NCBI GenBank assembly: GCA_964016885.1
Contig: CAXHJY010001225.1
Location: forward strand, 38,332-102,331
Reading direction: 5' to 3'
DNA length: 64,000 bases
Origin: Eledone cirrhosa
Taxonomy: Eukaryota
Of the stretch, positions 26,936 through 44,605 are shown piece after piece (the first letter of the stretch is position 1; each line of letters begins with the position of its first letter). The position numbers were made by a program, and so were the translations under genes. The notes below the pieces were generated by a model. It saw only the letters and a list, made by a program, of their open reading frames with translations. It had not been told where the DNA came from and did no database searches.

Positions 26936-27810
26936 ATTGGCAGTATGCTTTGAAGCATAGAGTTACGTCTCTTTATGATCTGAGTTCAAATCCCGCCGAG
27001 GTTAACTTTTCCTTTCATCCTTACGGGTCATTAAAATAAAGTACCAGTTATGTACTGGGTTTTTGCTGGCCTTGTGCCCGAAATAGAAACAATTATTAGA
27101 CTATATTAGAGTCAAAGATATTACGGCGAAGCTTCTATTTCTATTTCAATATATATAACAACTCTCTATGTTCTGAGGTCAAATCCCACCGAGGTTGACT
27201 TTGCCTTTCATCCTTACGGGGTCGATAAAATAAAGTACCAGTAATGAACTGGGTAATTTGCTGGCCTTGTGCCTAAAGTAGAAACAAATATATATAACAA
27301 CAACAACAACAAAGACGATGACGTCGACAACAACAACAGCAACAACAAAGACGACGACAACAACAACAACAATAATAATAATGATTTCTGATTTTGGTAC
27401 AAGGCCAACACAACAACATTGGGACGGGCAAATATCGCTTAAATCGACCCCAGTGCCTACTGGTGTTACATTTTATTGATCCCGTAAAGATGAAAGGCAA
27501 AGGTAACCTTGGTGGGATTTGACCTCAGAACATAGAGAGATGTAAATATATACCACAATGCATATTGTCAGACGCTCTACCGATACTGCCAATACTAATA
27601 ATGATATGAACCAATCAGCAAAATAAACAATAATTGTACGTGACTGATTGGTTCATCATCAGTAGAGGGTTGGATGCCATGCTTTGCAGCATAGAGTTAC
27701 GGCTCTTTAGTGTGTGAGTTCAAATCCCACCGAGGTCAACTTTGCCTTTCATCCTTATGGGGTCGTTAAAATAAAGCACCAGTAATACACTCGGGTAATT
27801 GCTGGCCTTG
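26936..27810. mobile_element. Cluster of four tRNA-derived SINE copies (+26936-27097, +27168-27288, -27383-27595, +27655-27810)
   Basis: Repeated gagttcaaatccc..cgagg..aactttgcctttcatcctta.ggggtcg core. Confidence 0.8.
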
Positions 27811-27826
27811 AAATAACAATGTATAG

Positions 27827-28230
27827 ATGAATATATGTATAGTATATTTGGCAATATACCGTATGTTTAATTAAAAACATTTTGAAGACCTTCCGCTATC
27901 ATTTTTAAAGTAGTCACTATGTCACTTACTTTTTTTTTTTCGGCAAAGGAAGGGAGAGAATCTGACAGATTCTATTTCACAATCAGTTCCTGATTATTAC
28001 TTGAATTATATAAAAATGCAGCCTCTATAATTTTCGGCAAAGGCGGGGAGTACGATTCTCTAAGGATCACCAACAGTGTGAAACAGAATCTGTCAGCTTC
28101 TCCCCCTTCCTTTGCCGAAAAAAAGAAGTAAGTAACATAGTCACTACTTTCGAAATGATAGCGCAAGGTCTTCAACATGTTTTTGATTAAACATACGGTA
28201 TATTGCCAAATATACTATGCATACATTCAT
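27827..28230. mobile_element. Fold-back non-coding PLE/retrozyme-related element
   Basis: Arms 27827-27980 and 28077-28230; HHR-like motif in the right arm. Confidence 0.8.
28031..28121 (+). ncRNA. Hammerhead with mutated core (CTAAGGA)
   Basis: Stem I ttttcggcaaagg/cctttgccgaaaa, CTAAGGA at 28060, stem II cac/gtg, GAAA-cag-aat-ctg-TC. Confidence 0.65.
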
Positions 28231-28426
28231 ATATATGCATATATATATATATATATATAATAAATAAATACAATATCGGAGAAAGCTTTTTAGCGATACT
28301 GCGGCCAAATTCCAACTCACTCAACAAACATTAGGAAATAAGTGATTATATTCCCAATTATGTGTTCGGGGTGCTAACTAAAAGTATTGCGTGGAAAATT
28401 GGCTGTATTATTTCAAATGAGACATA

Positions 28427-28484
<58 letters not shown>

Positions 28485-28485
28485 C

Positions 28486-28531
<46 letters not shown>

Positions 28532-28799
28532 ATATATATATATATAGTTTAGCGAGGTTTTTTATATGAAATCGTGTGTCGAAACAGATATTGTTATACT
28601 TGGGGAGGGTCATATTTGCGTAATATTGCCAGAATTAATAACAGAACACACTCACTGTTTGGTTGGTTTTCGCTTCTCGCTGTCTTTTATATCTGCGATC
28701 TAACTTACTCGGTCCTCAATGTTGCCATTGACTGACCGACGGTCAAAAATAATACAGATACAATATAGACACAAACACATATATATAGTTTACATAATT

Positions 28800-28845
28800 T
28801 ACATAAATCTTTCGTTGCACATCTGCAACATCGTCAGTGGTGCTA
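28800..28845 (-). ncRNA. Hammerhead core (weak stem I)
   Basis: CTGACGA-t-gttgca-gatg-tgcaac-GAAA-gatt-TA. Confidence 0.6.
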
Positions 28846-29365
28846 TATTCTTTGTTCCTCCTGTTGTGTTGTATGCCTACGCCATTTTTTATTCAGTCTG
28901 TCTATATATTTATTTATTTATTTGCTTGTTTGTTTATCTTATTTTATTTTGTCTTCTTTGCGCATGCGTTTGCGTGTGTGTATAGTGTTATGTGTGCTGT
29001 GTGACTAGTGTGTATAGTGTTGTGTCTGCTGGGTGGCTAGTGTGTGTTTATGTGCTTGTTGTTATTGTGCTTGTGTATGTATTTATTTATCTTATTTTAT
29101 TTTATTTTATTTACTTACTTATTTATACTTCTCTTAGGTCAGTGTTGTTTGTTTGGGTGTTGTTGTTGTTCCACTCATTCTTTCTGTTTAGCTTTGGTCT
29201 TCTAATTTCTATTTCACTGGCCTCTCTGATTTGCCTATCTGCTGGGTCATTCCTATGTTTAGATATTATTCTAATTTCTATGTTGTCTATGTTACCGTCA
29301 TGTTGTCGTCTAGCATGTTCGTATAGTACTGACCAATTTTTTTGTCCTTTTAGTTCCCCCCAGTG

Positions 29366-31155
29366 TTAGTCTATCCTTTCACCTATGCTACGAGCTGTCT
29401 CACCTATGTATGTTGTTGTCATGTTTCTGCAAGTACCCTCTGTACATCTTATGCTATAGACTACGTTTCTAGTTTTACAGTTTATCCGGGGGTTCACCTT
29501 ACATATGATACATTTCCTATTGGTACAGTGGGTTTTCTTAAAAGGGTAGGTTTTGCTGATCAGGGATTTTATGGTGGTTCCTGACTTTTCTACCACCTTT
29601 ATTTTTAAGTGGGTCTTTCTCAGGGCCTTTCTACACTGGTTAGCTAATTTCCCTCCAGGGGTGGCGTCCACAAACATGACACTCTGATATCTCTGGTTGT
29701 CGTACCATGATGTGGCCTTCCCTATCTTATGTCTAGCCCTATCTAAGCTATTCCATGATTTGCTCCTGTATAGTGGGCAAATTCCTTTCATGTCCAGTTC
29801 TATGAGGGTCTTATACTTTTCCATGGCTCCTTCGTATACTCTGACTCTGTCTCTTTGGTTGTAGCCAGAGAACTGCATGCGGTTGATGAAGTGTTGGATG
29901 TGTCCTTCCATTTCTGTTGGGTCGCACATGCTGGACACATTCTTCATCACTCGTACCAAATCTGCGATCAGAATATTAAACTTAGCACTACTGGACATTG
30001 CTGAGTGTTTGAGTATCAGGTATTTGGAGGCCATGGGCTTAGCATAGTGTGAGTGGAGAATTTGGGCTCTCTCGTCTATAGTGTTAATCCAGAGTTCTGT
30101 GTCTAATACAGGTAGTCTATTGTTAGGGTGTTTGGAAGGGAAGTCGATAGTTACAGTTATACTCTGGTGTATGGAATTAGCTATCTGCTGGATGCTTTCC
30201 ATCGTGCTACGTTCTAAATCAAACTTGTTAGTGCTCTCTAGTGGGGGTGTTCTTATAACTATATTGATATCGTCTACATAACGAGAGTACATGATGAGGT
30301 CTATGGAGCTTTCATTAAGGAGATCTTTAAGTCTCCTTTCCCACCATACCATGAAAAGGTTGGCAACATCACCAGCTATGCTGATGCCGATGGCTGCTCC
30401 CTCATTTTGGGTGTAGATTTTCTCATTGAACTTAAATATGTGGCCCTTTAGGGTAGTTTTGATACTAGCCCCTATTGCATGTGCGACCATTTTTCTTACC
30501 TGATCAGTATTTTGGGGGGTCCATATAGCTTTGGTCCACCCAATCCACTTTACTATGGGAGTCTTTTTAGCCATTGAGGTTATGGTGGGGGGTCTACCTC
30601 TTATAGGTCTACTAGGGCAGAAACATCTAAGGTCATGGCTGTCTATGTAGTCGGTGTCGTAGGTAAGTCTAAGTAGGAGGCCCAGTTCGTCTGTGTCGAC
30701 GTCGCAGAACTCCACCTCACTCTCAATGATCATCTCCACACATCTTTTCACAGCAAAATCAATGTTAATGGATGGGTACAGTGACACCACATCCATGCTG
30801 CCTATTATGCAGTTGGATAGGCTCCTGTTTTTGTTGCACTCACTGATTCTGCTGAGGAGGTCCTCTGTACTTTCACATACATCTGGGGACATCTTGATTA
30901 TGGGGCGTATAACCATTGAGAGGAAGTAGGAGATCCTGTAGTTGCTAGCTATATTAGCTCCGCATACGGGTCTTGTTGGTGGTCCTGTTGTCGGGTCGTC
31001 GACTGTCTTGTGGTCTTTGCGGAGCCCATACAAGGGTGGTATGCCATTGTTAGATGCCTGGAAGTTGTTGGCAGTGCGTCTGCTTGGCTTTAGGATGTCA
31101 GTCCACATCCTCATGTGAGCGTTGAGGATTTTTTCTCTCCCATCGTGTGGGAAAA
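29366..31155 (-). CDS. 5'-truncated PLE RT plus GIY-YIG ORF, open over ~590 codons
   Basis: PPLYGLRKDHK, RPVCGA, GSMDVVSLYPSI, GAAIG..AG..ANLFM, YSRYVDDI, LPVLD, YAKPMAS, C..C..CKTRNVVY..C..YIGETARSIGER. Confidence 0.85.
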
Positions 31156-31177
31156 AATGGCATACCACCCTTGTATG

Positions 31178-33060
31178 GGCATACCACACTTGTATGGGCT
31201 CCGCAAAGACCACAAGGCAGTCGACGACCCGACAACAGGACCACCAACAAGACCCGTATGCGGAGCTAATATAGCTAGCAACTACAGGATCTCCTACTTC
31301 CTCTCAATGGTTATACGCCCCATAATCAAGATGTCCCCAGATGTATGGGAAAGTACAGAGGACCTCCTCAGCAGAATCAGTGAGTGCAACAAAAACAGGA
31401 GCCTATCCAACTGCATAATAGGCAGCATGGATGTGGTGTCACTGTACCCATCCATTAACATTGATTTTGCTGTGAAAAGATGTGTGGAGATGATCATTGA
31501 GAGTGAGGTGGGGTTCTGTGACGTCGACACAGACGAACTGGGCCTCCTACTTAGACTTACCTACGACACCGACTACCTAGACAGCCATGACCTTAGATGT
31601 TTCTGCCCTAGTAGACATATAAGAGGTAGACCCCCACCATAACCTCAATGGCTAAAAAGACTCCCATAGGAAGGTGGATTGGGTGGACCAAAGCTATACG
31701 GACCTCCCCAAAACACTGATCAGGTAAGAAAAATGGTCGCACATGCAATAGGGGCTAGTATCAAAACTACCCTAAAGGGCCACATATTTAAGTTCAATGA
31801 GAAAATCTACACCCAAAATGAGGGAGCAGCCATCGGCGTCAGCATAGCTGGTGATGTTGCCAACCTTTTCATGGTATGGTGGGAAAGGAGACTTAAAGAT
31901 CTCCTTAATGAAAACTCCATAGACCTCATCATGTACTCTCGTTATGTAGACGATATCAATATAGTTATAAGACCACCCCCACTAGAGAGCACTAACAAGT
32001 TTGATTTAGAACGTAGTACGATGGAAAGCATCCAGCAGATAGCTAATTCCATACACCAGAGTATAACTGTAACTATCGACTTCCCTTCCAAACACCCTAA
32101 CAATAGACTACCAGTATTAGACACATAACTCTGGATTAACACTATAGACGAGAGAGCCCAAATTCTCCACTCACACTATGCTAAACCCATGGCCTCCAAA
32201 TCTCCAAATACCTGATACTCAAAAACTCAGCAATGTTCAGTAGTGCTAAGTTTAATATTCTGATCGCAGATTTGGTACGAGTGATGAAGAATGTGTCCAG
32301 CATGTGCGACCCAACAGAAATGGAAGGACACATCCAACACTTCATCAACCGCATGCAGTTCTCTGGCTACAACCAAAGAGACAGAGTCAGAGTATACGAA
32401 GGAGCCATGGAAAAGTATAAGACCCTCATAGAACTGGACATGAAAGGAATTTGCCCACTATACAGGAGCAAATCATGGAATAGCTTAGATAAGGCTAGAC
32501 ATAAGATAGGGAAGGCCACATCATGGTACGACAACCAGAGATATCAGAGTGTCATGTTTGTGGACGCCACCCCTGGAGGGAAATTAGCTAACCAGTGTAG
32601 AAAGGCCCTGAGAAAGACCCACTTAAAAATAAAGGTGGCAGAAAAGCCAGGAACCACCATAAAATCCCTGATCAGCAAAACCTACCCTTTTAAGAAAACC
32701 CACTGTACCAATAGGAAATGTATCATATGTAAGGTGAAACCTCGGATAAACTGTAAAACTAGAAACGTAGTCTATAGCATAAGATGTACAGAGGGCACTT
32801 GCAGAAACATGAAAAACAACATACATAGGTGAGACAGCTCGTAGCATAGGTGAAAGGATAGACCAACACTGGGGGGAACAAAAAGGACGAAAAAAACGGG
32901 TCAGTACTACACGAACATGCTAGACAACAACATGACGGTAACATAAACAACATAGAAATTAGAATAATATCTAAACATAGGAATGACCCAGCAGATAGGC
33001 AAATCAGAGAGGCCAGTGAAATAGAAATTAGAAGACCAAAGCTAAACAGAAAGAATGAGT
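31178..33060 (+). pseudogene. Second, frameshifted copy of the same RT/GIY-YIG ORF
   Basis: ORF pieces 31115-31642, 31679-32128 and 32233-32832 are near-identical to the minus-strand ORF. Confidence 0.9.
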
Positions 33061-33387
33061 GGAACAACAACAACACCCAAACAAACAACACTGACCTACG
33101 AGAAGTATAAATAAGTAAGTAAATAAAATAAAATAAAATAAGATAAATAAATACATACACAAGCACAATAACAACAAGCACATAAACACACACTAGCCAC
33201 CCAGCAGACACAACACTATACACACTAGTCACACAGCACACATAACACTATACACACACGCAAACGCATGCGCAAAGAAGACAAAATAAAATAAGATAAA
33301 CAAACAAGCAAATAAATAAATAAATATATAGACAGACTGAATAAAAAATGGCGTAGACATACAACACCACAGGCGGAACAAAGAATA

Positions 33388-33432
33388 TAGCACCACTGAC
33401 GATGTTGCAGATGTGCAACGAAAGATTTATGT
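33388..33432 (+). ncRNA. Hammerhead core (weak stem I)
   Basis: CTGACGA at 33396, stem II gttgca/tgcaac, GAAA at 33420. Confidence 0.6.
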
Positions 33433-33636
33433 AAATTATGTAAACTATATATATGTGTTTGTGTCTATATTGTATCTGTATTATTTTTGACCGTCGGTCA
33501 GTCAATGGCAACATTGAGGACCGAGTAAGTTAGATTGCAAATATAAAAGACAGCGAGAAGCGAAAACCAACCAAACAGTGAGTGTGTTCTGTTATTAATT
33601 CTGGCAATATTACGCAAATATGACCCTCCCCAAGTA

Positions 33637-33749
<113 letters not shown>

Positions 33750-33771
33750 GTATATATATATATACATATAC

Positions 33772-33848
<77 letters not shown>

Positions 33849-33994
33849 TTTACGTCTCTCATATTATTGTTCTGCATCCCCATGCATTGAACCACAAAGT
33901 TACTAAGACAAAACCTATATATTTGCTAGCATAAGTATGCATCTGTGTATATATATGTTACTAGATATACTAATTCTTTATATATACATATATG

Positions 33995-34113
<119 letters not shown>

Positions 34114-34226
34114 GTATATATATATATGTATATATGTGTGTGTATATATATATATATATATATGTATATACATATATAAATATATATATATATGTATATA
34201 TATATTTATGTATATATATATTTATG

Positions 34227-34262
<36 letters not shown>

Positions 34263-34983
34263 TACAAGTCAATATAAATTAATATATTCGATAAACACAA
34301 ATACCAACATATCCGTGTTTGTATCGTAAATGACTAAGTTAGCTAGATTGAAAAATACTAATTATAATAATACAGTTTGCCTGTCTCGATTTAAAACAAT
34401 AAATCAATAAAAACAAAGCATATTGGCAAAGGGCCGTGGTGCTTGGATAAATATAAATTTCAAAATCAAACCTGTTCCATAGACATGTTTAAACCTTAAA
34501 ATCCAGCGGCAGCTAGACACTCGGTAACCATGTGTGAAAAACAATGTGCGTTAAACTGTCTTTTAAAATATTTTGAAGTGAAACATACCAATTTTTCTAG
34601 TGCTTGCTTGAGGTGATCAAAATTAGGTATTTTTTCACTTTTTCATTTTTTGAAACTTATTTGGATTTTAAAGTTTAAACCTGTCTACGGAACAGGTTTG
34701 ATTTTGAAATTTAAATTTGTCCAAGCACCACGGCCATTTGCCAATATGCTTTGTTTTTATTGATTTATTGTTTTATATCGAGACAGGCAGACTCTATTAT
34801 TATAATTAGTATTTTTCAATCTAGCTAACTTAGTCATTTACAATACAAACACGAATATGTTGGTATTTGTGTTTATCAAATATATTAATTTATATTGACT
34901 TGTATTACACGGCTCAGAAATACTTCTTTCTTTGAGCTATTTCATTGTAAAGGACTGCCTGAGTTTTGAACTCATTATTAATA
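34263..34983. mobile_element. Fold-back non-coding element with right-side tail
   Basis: Arms 34263-34505 and 34662-34904; tail 34905-34983; degenerate HHR-like gtgcttg...GAAA...gtc-caagcac; in (TA)n. Confidence 0.8.
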
Positions 34984-35018
<35 letters not shown>

Positions 35019-35225
35019 AATATATGACAGGGATGAACACCAATAGAAGTACACATGTTTACGAATTGCAAATGACGGAATTAGCTAAGTTGAAAAATAC
35101 TAATATAAAACAATATGGTTTGCCTGTCTCGATTTAAAGTAATAAATCAATAAAAATAACAAACCTATATTGAGAAAGTGGTGTTTTTATTGAAACCTTT
35201 ATAGATTCAATAAAAACACCAGTAT

Positions 35226-35290
35226 TTTTTCCATTCTGATGATTGAAAGCAAATTTGTTTGCTTTCAAGAAACCACTGGTAAATGAAATA
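35226..35290 (+). ncRNA. Type I hammerhead ribozyme
   Basis: catt-CTGATGA-ttgaaagcaaa...tttgctttcaa-GAAA-ccactgg-TA-aatg. Confidence 0.9.
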
Positions 35291-35381
35291 ATCATCTTAT
35301 GTTGTTTATTACATAACTAATAAGCTCTTTAACCTACATAGAGCACTCTTTTTTCCTGGACTTTTCCGACGGAATTACTTC

Positions 35382-36309
<928 letters not shown>

Positions 36310-36440
36310 ATAAATGCTCTGAAATAGCGATATATATGTGAAGATAGACATAGAATATTCGAAAATATTCTGTATGTTTATAATAAACATTTTGAAGACC
36401 TAATCGCTATAGAATAGAATACGTCACGTATTACAATTAG

Positions 36441-36529
36441 ATTCTCGATAAAAGCAAGGGAAGTAACCTACGCGTTTCATTCTTATTAGAAATCTTCAGG
36501 ATTACATATCCAGTGCTTTTATCGAGAAT
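36441..36529 (-). ncRNA. Retrozyme hammerhead
   Basis: Reverse complement of the motif at 36895. Confidence 0.9.
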
Positions 36530-36894
36530 GGCACAGCTAGAGACTTATAGAATACTTAGCTGTGTACAGGAACTGGTTTGAAAGAGCGGTTGCCGGTCCG
36601 GCAGAAATTAGAAATTGGAATAAATGCTCTGAAATAGCGATATATATGTGAAGATAGACATAGAATATTCGAAAATATTCTGTATGTTTATAATAAACAT
36701 TTTGAAGACCTAATCGCTATAGAATAGAATACGTCACGTACAGAATATTTTCGAATATTCTATGTCTATCTTCACATATATATCGCTATTTCAGAGCATT
36801 TATTCCAATTTCTAATTTCTGCCGGACCGGCAACCGCTCTTTCAAACCAGTTCCTGTACACAGCTAAGTATTCTATAAGTCTCTAGCTGTGCCA

Positions 36895-36982
36895 TTCTCG
36901 ATAAAAGCACTGGATATGTAATCCTGAAGATTTCTAATAAGAATGAAACGCGTAGGTTACTTCCCTTGCTTTTATCGAGAAT
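36895..36982 (+). ncRNA. Retrozyme hammerhead
   Basis: attctcgataaaagca..gtaatc-CTGAAGA(36924)-tttct-aata-agaat-GAAA-cgcg-TA(36954)-ggttac..tgcttttatcgagaat. Confidence 0.9.
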
Positions 36983-37204
36983 CTAATTGTAATACGTGAC
37001 GTATTCTATTCTATAGCGATTAGGTCTTCAAAATGTTTATTATAAACATACAGAATATTTTCGAATATTCTATGTCTATCTTCACATATATATCGCTATT
37101 TCAGAGCATTTATTCCAATTTCTAATTTCTGCCGGACCGGCAACCGCTCTTTCAAACCAGTTCCTGTACACAGCTAAGTATTCTATAAGTCTCTAGCTGT
37201 GCCA

Positions 37205-37292
37205 TTCTCGATAAAAGCACTGGATATGTAATCCTGAAGATTTCTAATAAGAATGAAACGCGTAGGTTACTTCCCTTGCTTTTATCGAGAAT
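37205..37292 (+). ncRNA. Retrozyme hammerhead
   Basis: Same motif 310 nt downstream (CTGAAGA at 37234). Confidence 0.9.
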
Positions 37293-37393
37293 CTAATTGT
37301 AATACGTGACGTATTCTATTCTATAGCGATTAGGTCTTCAAAATGTTTATTATAAACATACAGAATATTTTCGAATATTCTATGTCTATCTTC

Positions 37394-37456
<63 letters not shown>

Positions 37457-37461
37457 CATAT

Positions 37462-37505
<44 letters not shown>

Positions 37506-37835
37506 ATTTCTACTGAATTAAACAATTCTAGTCCTGTAGAAGCCATTTGTATATTAAATATTTATACTCTGCTATGTATTGAGTACTTTTCTTACTGTGG
37601 TTACACCCGTTTGATCCCGGAATAAACTTTTATAACGGATATAACGGATTTTAAATAAACCTAAACCAAATGAATATGACCTCACGTTTTTTTATTGATA
37701 TATATATATATAAAAGCTGTATTCGTGTATATATATATATATATGTGTGTGTGTGTGCGCGCGTGTGTATGTATGTATGTATGTATGTATGTATGTATGT
37801 ATGTATGTATGTATGTATGTATGTATGTATGTATG

Positions 37836-37900
<65 letters not shown>

Positions 37901-37905
37901 ATATA

Positions 37906-38094
37906 ACGAAGGAGGTGTGGTAAGGAACCAGAAGGACCATAACGCACCAGATTACTCAATACTTAGGGTAGTAGAGTGGGTAATAGGGAAATGTCGTGAC
38001 CCTGATGGCAGTGCTCCAGCCGTTGCGACGGCTATTTCTGGACCAGAAATAGCCGTCGAAATGGCTCGAGCTCTGCCGTTGGGGTCAAATATTT

Positions 38095-38097
<3 letters not shown>
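37906..38097. mobile_element. Fold-back mini-element (half-HHR family), tail on the left
   Basis: Apex gacggctatttctgg-a-ccagaaatagccgtc; homologous to 15618 and 16267. Confidence 0.85.
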
Positions 38098-38135
<38 letters not shown>

Positions 38136-38766
38136 AGTGTGTGTATATATATATATATACAGCTTTTATTCGTAGGTGTATCTTCATAAATAATTATTAG
38201 CCAGAGTTTCACGCTGTTGCTATCGTCAGACGATGAATTAGTTTCTCGTAGACAGTACTGTTGAAGTTATAATATATCTCTAATTGCATGCCATATGAAT
38301 AAATCAAAAAATAAATACATGAATGATAATGACTGATATGAATTATAATCTATCACAAATATATTAATTAAATATTTATAATTCATTTTCATAAACAGGA
38401 ACTCAGGCGCTGTTAATGCATGTTAGCCTTTTCTGGTTAGGTAGCAATTTTGATGATGTCACACAGAGAAACATGTGTTAAGGCAATCATCAAGGAAGTG
38501 GGTGGAGTTATAGTGTACGGAGTGGGTTCTGTTGGTGGCACTTATACTCAGAGATACGATACTTTTTTTTTTACAAGGAAATACACTCACAGTCATAGAC
38601 ATTTGCATACACTTAAAAACACTTATATCAGCATATATATATATATATATATATATACTTGAGGGCGGCCGACTGATGTAGAAGTTGCTAAATAGTCGGT
38701 CGTCCTCTTGTCTCTGATTTTCAGTCCCATGGAATTTATCTGTTATATTCCTTTGTTATATTTTGA

Positions 38767-38824
38767 ATACTTGATGATGTCACCGGATTCATACTGAACC
38801 CGGTCATTGAAATGATCATAGTAT
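38767..38824 (+). ncRNA. Hammerhead variant (UUGAUGA core)
   Basis: atac-TTGATGA-tg..accgg-attca-tac-tgaac-ccggt-ca..-GAAA-tgatca-TA-gtat. Confidence 0.7.
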
Positions 38825-39015
38825 AATAAACCTTTTAAGGAATTACACCAGTTCAGCCTCCTGTTATTTTATAATAATTAACTCCGTACTCGCACCACCA
38901 ACTAAACTAACGAAGCCGGGTGAGTTGCATTACGTTGAGTGCTCTCCATAATATTACATTGAGGTTGATCATACGGTATGACCAGTTCTATCCAGTGGTG
39001 AACCAACAAACCTAA

Positions 39016-39088
<73 letters not shown>

Positions 39089-40282
39089 TATATATACACA
39101 TATGTATCTATACACGTATTTTCCTATACAAATATGCGTTTGCATTGGTTTAAAATTATTGATTGTAAATATGATAATGATGGTACTTATGTGAACAATC
39201 TTTGAAATATCATAAACAATTATTTAAAAGTTCATCCATAGCTAGGACTATAGAGCGACGTTTCCATTCTTATTTCCACTGCGGTTACTATTTCATGGTC
39301 ACAATTCATGACAGATGGAGACTTAACAAATAGAGATCTCTATAGTTAAAGCAATCTCTTATGTCTCGCTTTGTTTTTTTTTAAATTGGGATTATCACTC
39401 CCGATCGCCATTGTTTAGGTGCCTTCCCAAAAAGTCAGACAGAGAATACCTGTGTACATGTGTGGAATATACATCTATTCTTATTTTAAATCAACCCATT
39501 TATTTATAACTGCATATTTAAATCCTTTCATTTATGCATGCCTAAAATTGTACACACGTATATGTTGGAAGTACACGGACACTGGCTTGGTGCGGCGGAA
39601 AGGCAGGCTGTGTATTACAGTTTTAGCTGAATATCTGAATGGTGGATGGAAGTATAATATAAACTTTAAAAATTGGAATGTACCTTTGATGATGCACGTA
39701 TACACGTCTGTAAATAGACATCCTTATATGGATATATGCTCATCTGTAATATGAAGATTTGTCACCTTAAATTCAACTCGTTTCAAAATGGAAAACATGA
39801 TGAGATATAAAAAGTAAAAATAAAAAATGAATATAAAATAAATATTAAGCTTATCATTGCAGGGAAATGTTTCTTCCTATGTTGAGTTCAAGATATTGCC
39901 ATTGTAACAAAATCGGGGTTTTCTATGACGTGCAAAGATAATGGCAGTTTTGTGACTACGGGTTGGCATGATCTAGAATCCTCCACGTAACTTTGTAGTA
40001 TGTCTCGCTGGTTTCTTAATGAGCTGATGTATATTATTAACTTTGTGCCTTCGCTTCTCTTGCTATTTATGAAATTTCAACTGTACTGAGTTAATCTACA
40101 TTTCAAGACTTTCCCCGTCAGTCCGAAGTAAGTTTTACTGGCGGATTTTTACTGGCGAAATTGAAACTAAATCATTGCACTATGTGACTGAATTTGTGAG
40201 ATAAAAGCCGACTAATCACAGTCTGGTGGGTGAAATACGATTTCATATCTGTGAACTCTAGAGGTCGGAATGGTAACCATTT

Positions 40283-40313
<31 letters not shown>

Positions 40314-40423
40314 AAGAAGAAGAAGAACTAAGAGGATAAAGAAAAGAGTCAGATTAACATACCTACAAATTCGACTCTGACACACACACACACATACCCA
40401 CACACACACACACACACACACAC

Positions 40424-40488
<65 letters not shown>

Positions 40489-41568
40489 ACGCACTCTATA
40501 TTTGTGTAATTCGCTTAAAGTCATAACTTGTCTCTACCTATTTTGTTATGTCCTAATGTGCATTGGAATGAATGGTATCGTCCTTAAATAACCGAACCCG
40601 TAGTAATTTTCAGAAGTTGACTGAGGCGATGGGACTCCGTCTTGCGTTTGTCGTTTTTTTTTACATTGTTTTTGTCCTGTGCTCTACATATTTTGAATTT
40701 ATATTCTAATGGCGGAGCGTTTTTCTTTTTTAAACTATCATATAATAGACATCACACCGGCAAGCCTTTTTTTCCACATTCTACCTGCTTACATTTCTAT
40801 GCCTCAGTGTGCTATTATGTCTGCACGCTGGACAACAGTCCTTATTTATATGTTCCAGAATAATGTTTCCAATGCAATCACTATATCTATAAAAATAAAC
40901 ATCTATTCCTACCTACGTAAACATCTAAACACCATTACTTACAAACCTAAACACTAGACCGAACAGATATCTAATCATTGATATAGTGAATCTACAGAGA
41001 CCCCGTAAACACAAAATCTACCATATAATAGTATTACAAAATATAACTAGAATAAATTCATATCATAATTTCTATATTATATCCAGCCGTGAGGATGAAA
41101 TAAATAATGATTAAAATGGTTAAACAGTTTTGATGGGAAGACTTGGAACGAAAGAAAGAAAGTAACAAAAAGAGAAATAAATAAATACATAAAGAAGGGA
41201 AGAAGGGAGAAAATATAAAAAAATGAGGAACACAGAAATACAAAAATTGTAGTGTGTGGGTTCGTTTGAAATACCTAGGTTTAACTACCATAGAGTACAA
41301 ATAGATTTCGTTGGCAAGAATATCAACAATGAATTTTTGGCCGTTAGGCAAGAAATGTTACGTTGAGTAGAAAAAAATCTGAAAATCATTTAGTAAAAGA
41401 ATGAAAGCCAATTATTTCATTGAAAACGACTTCTTCTTCTTCGCATATTTTGTTTTTTTTTCTTCAATTCTTCTTTCGTTTTCTTTCTTTTTGTTCCCCT
41501 TAATCATTTATTATTTGAATGCATTAGATGTCAAAATCGGTAGTATGCCGGACACAATCCCCTGAGGA

Positions 41569-44605
<3,037 letters not shown>

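Larger units (their letters stand above)
36305..37394. mobile_element. Non-LTR retrozyme: 310-nt HHR-containing unit as an inverted 1.4-mer (36305-36740) plus 2.1-mer (36741-37394)
   Basis: ttggaataaatg recurs at 36305 and 36615; cagaatattttcg at 36741 and 37051; one HHR per unit; no ORF; in (TA)n. Confidence 0.9.

Noticed and set aside
28596-28625. ATACTTGGGGAGGGTCAT resembling the U1 snRNA 5' end
   Set aside because: Only ATACTT matches; ACCTG and the U1 body/Sm site are absent. It is a PLE terminus.
28719-29369. Hydrophobic ORFs (28719, 28992, 24377, 8267) as membrane proteins
   Set aside because: They are translations of base-skewed PLE UTR/pLTR sequence with no protein-family motif; 28719 and 28992 are mirrored in the opposite arm.
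36305-37394. CRISPR array or plain satellite
   Set aside because: There are no unique spacers and the context is eukaryotic; the unit contains an HHR and an inversion.
39380-39455. Short RTE RT-like fragment
   Set aside because: About 70 bp similar to 3960-4040, too short to annotate as an element.
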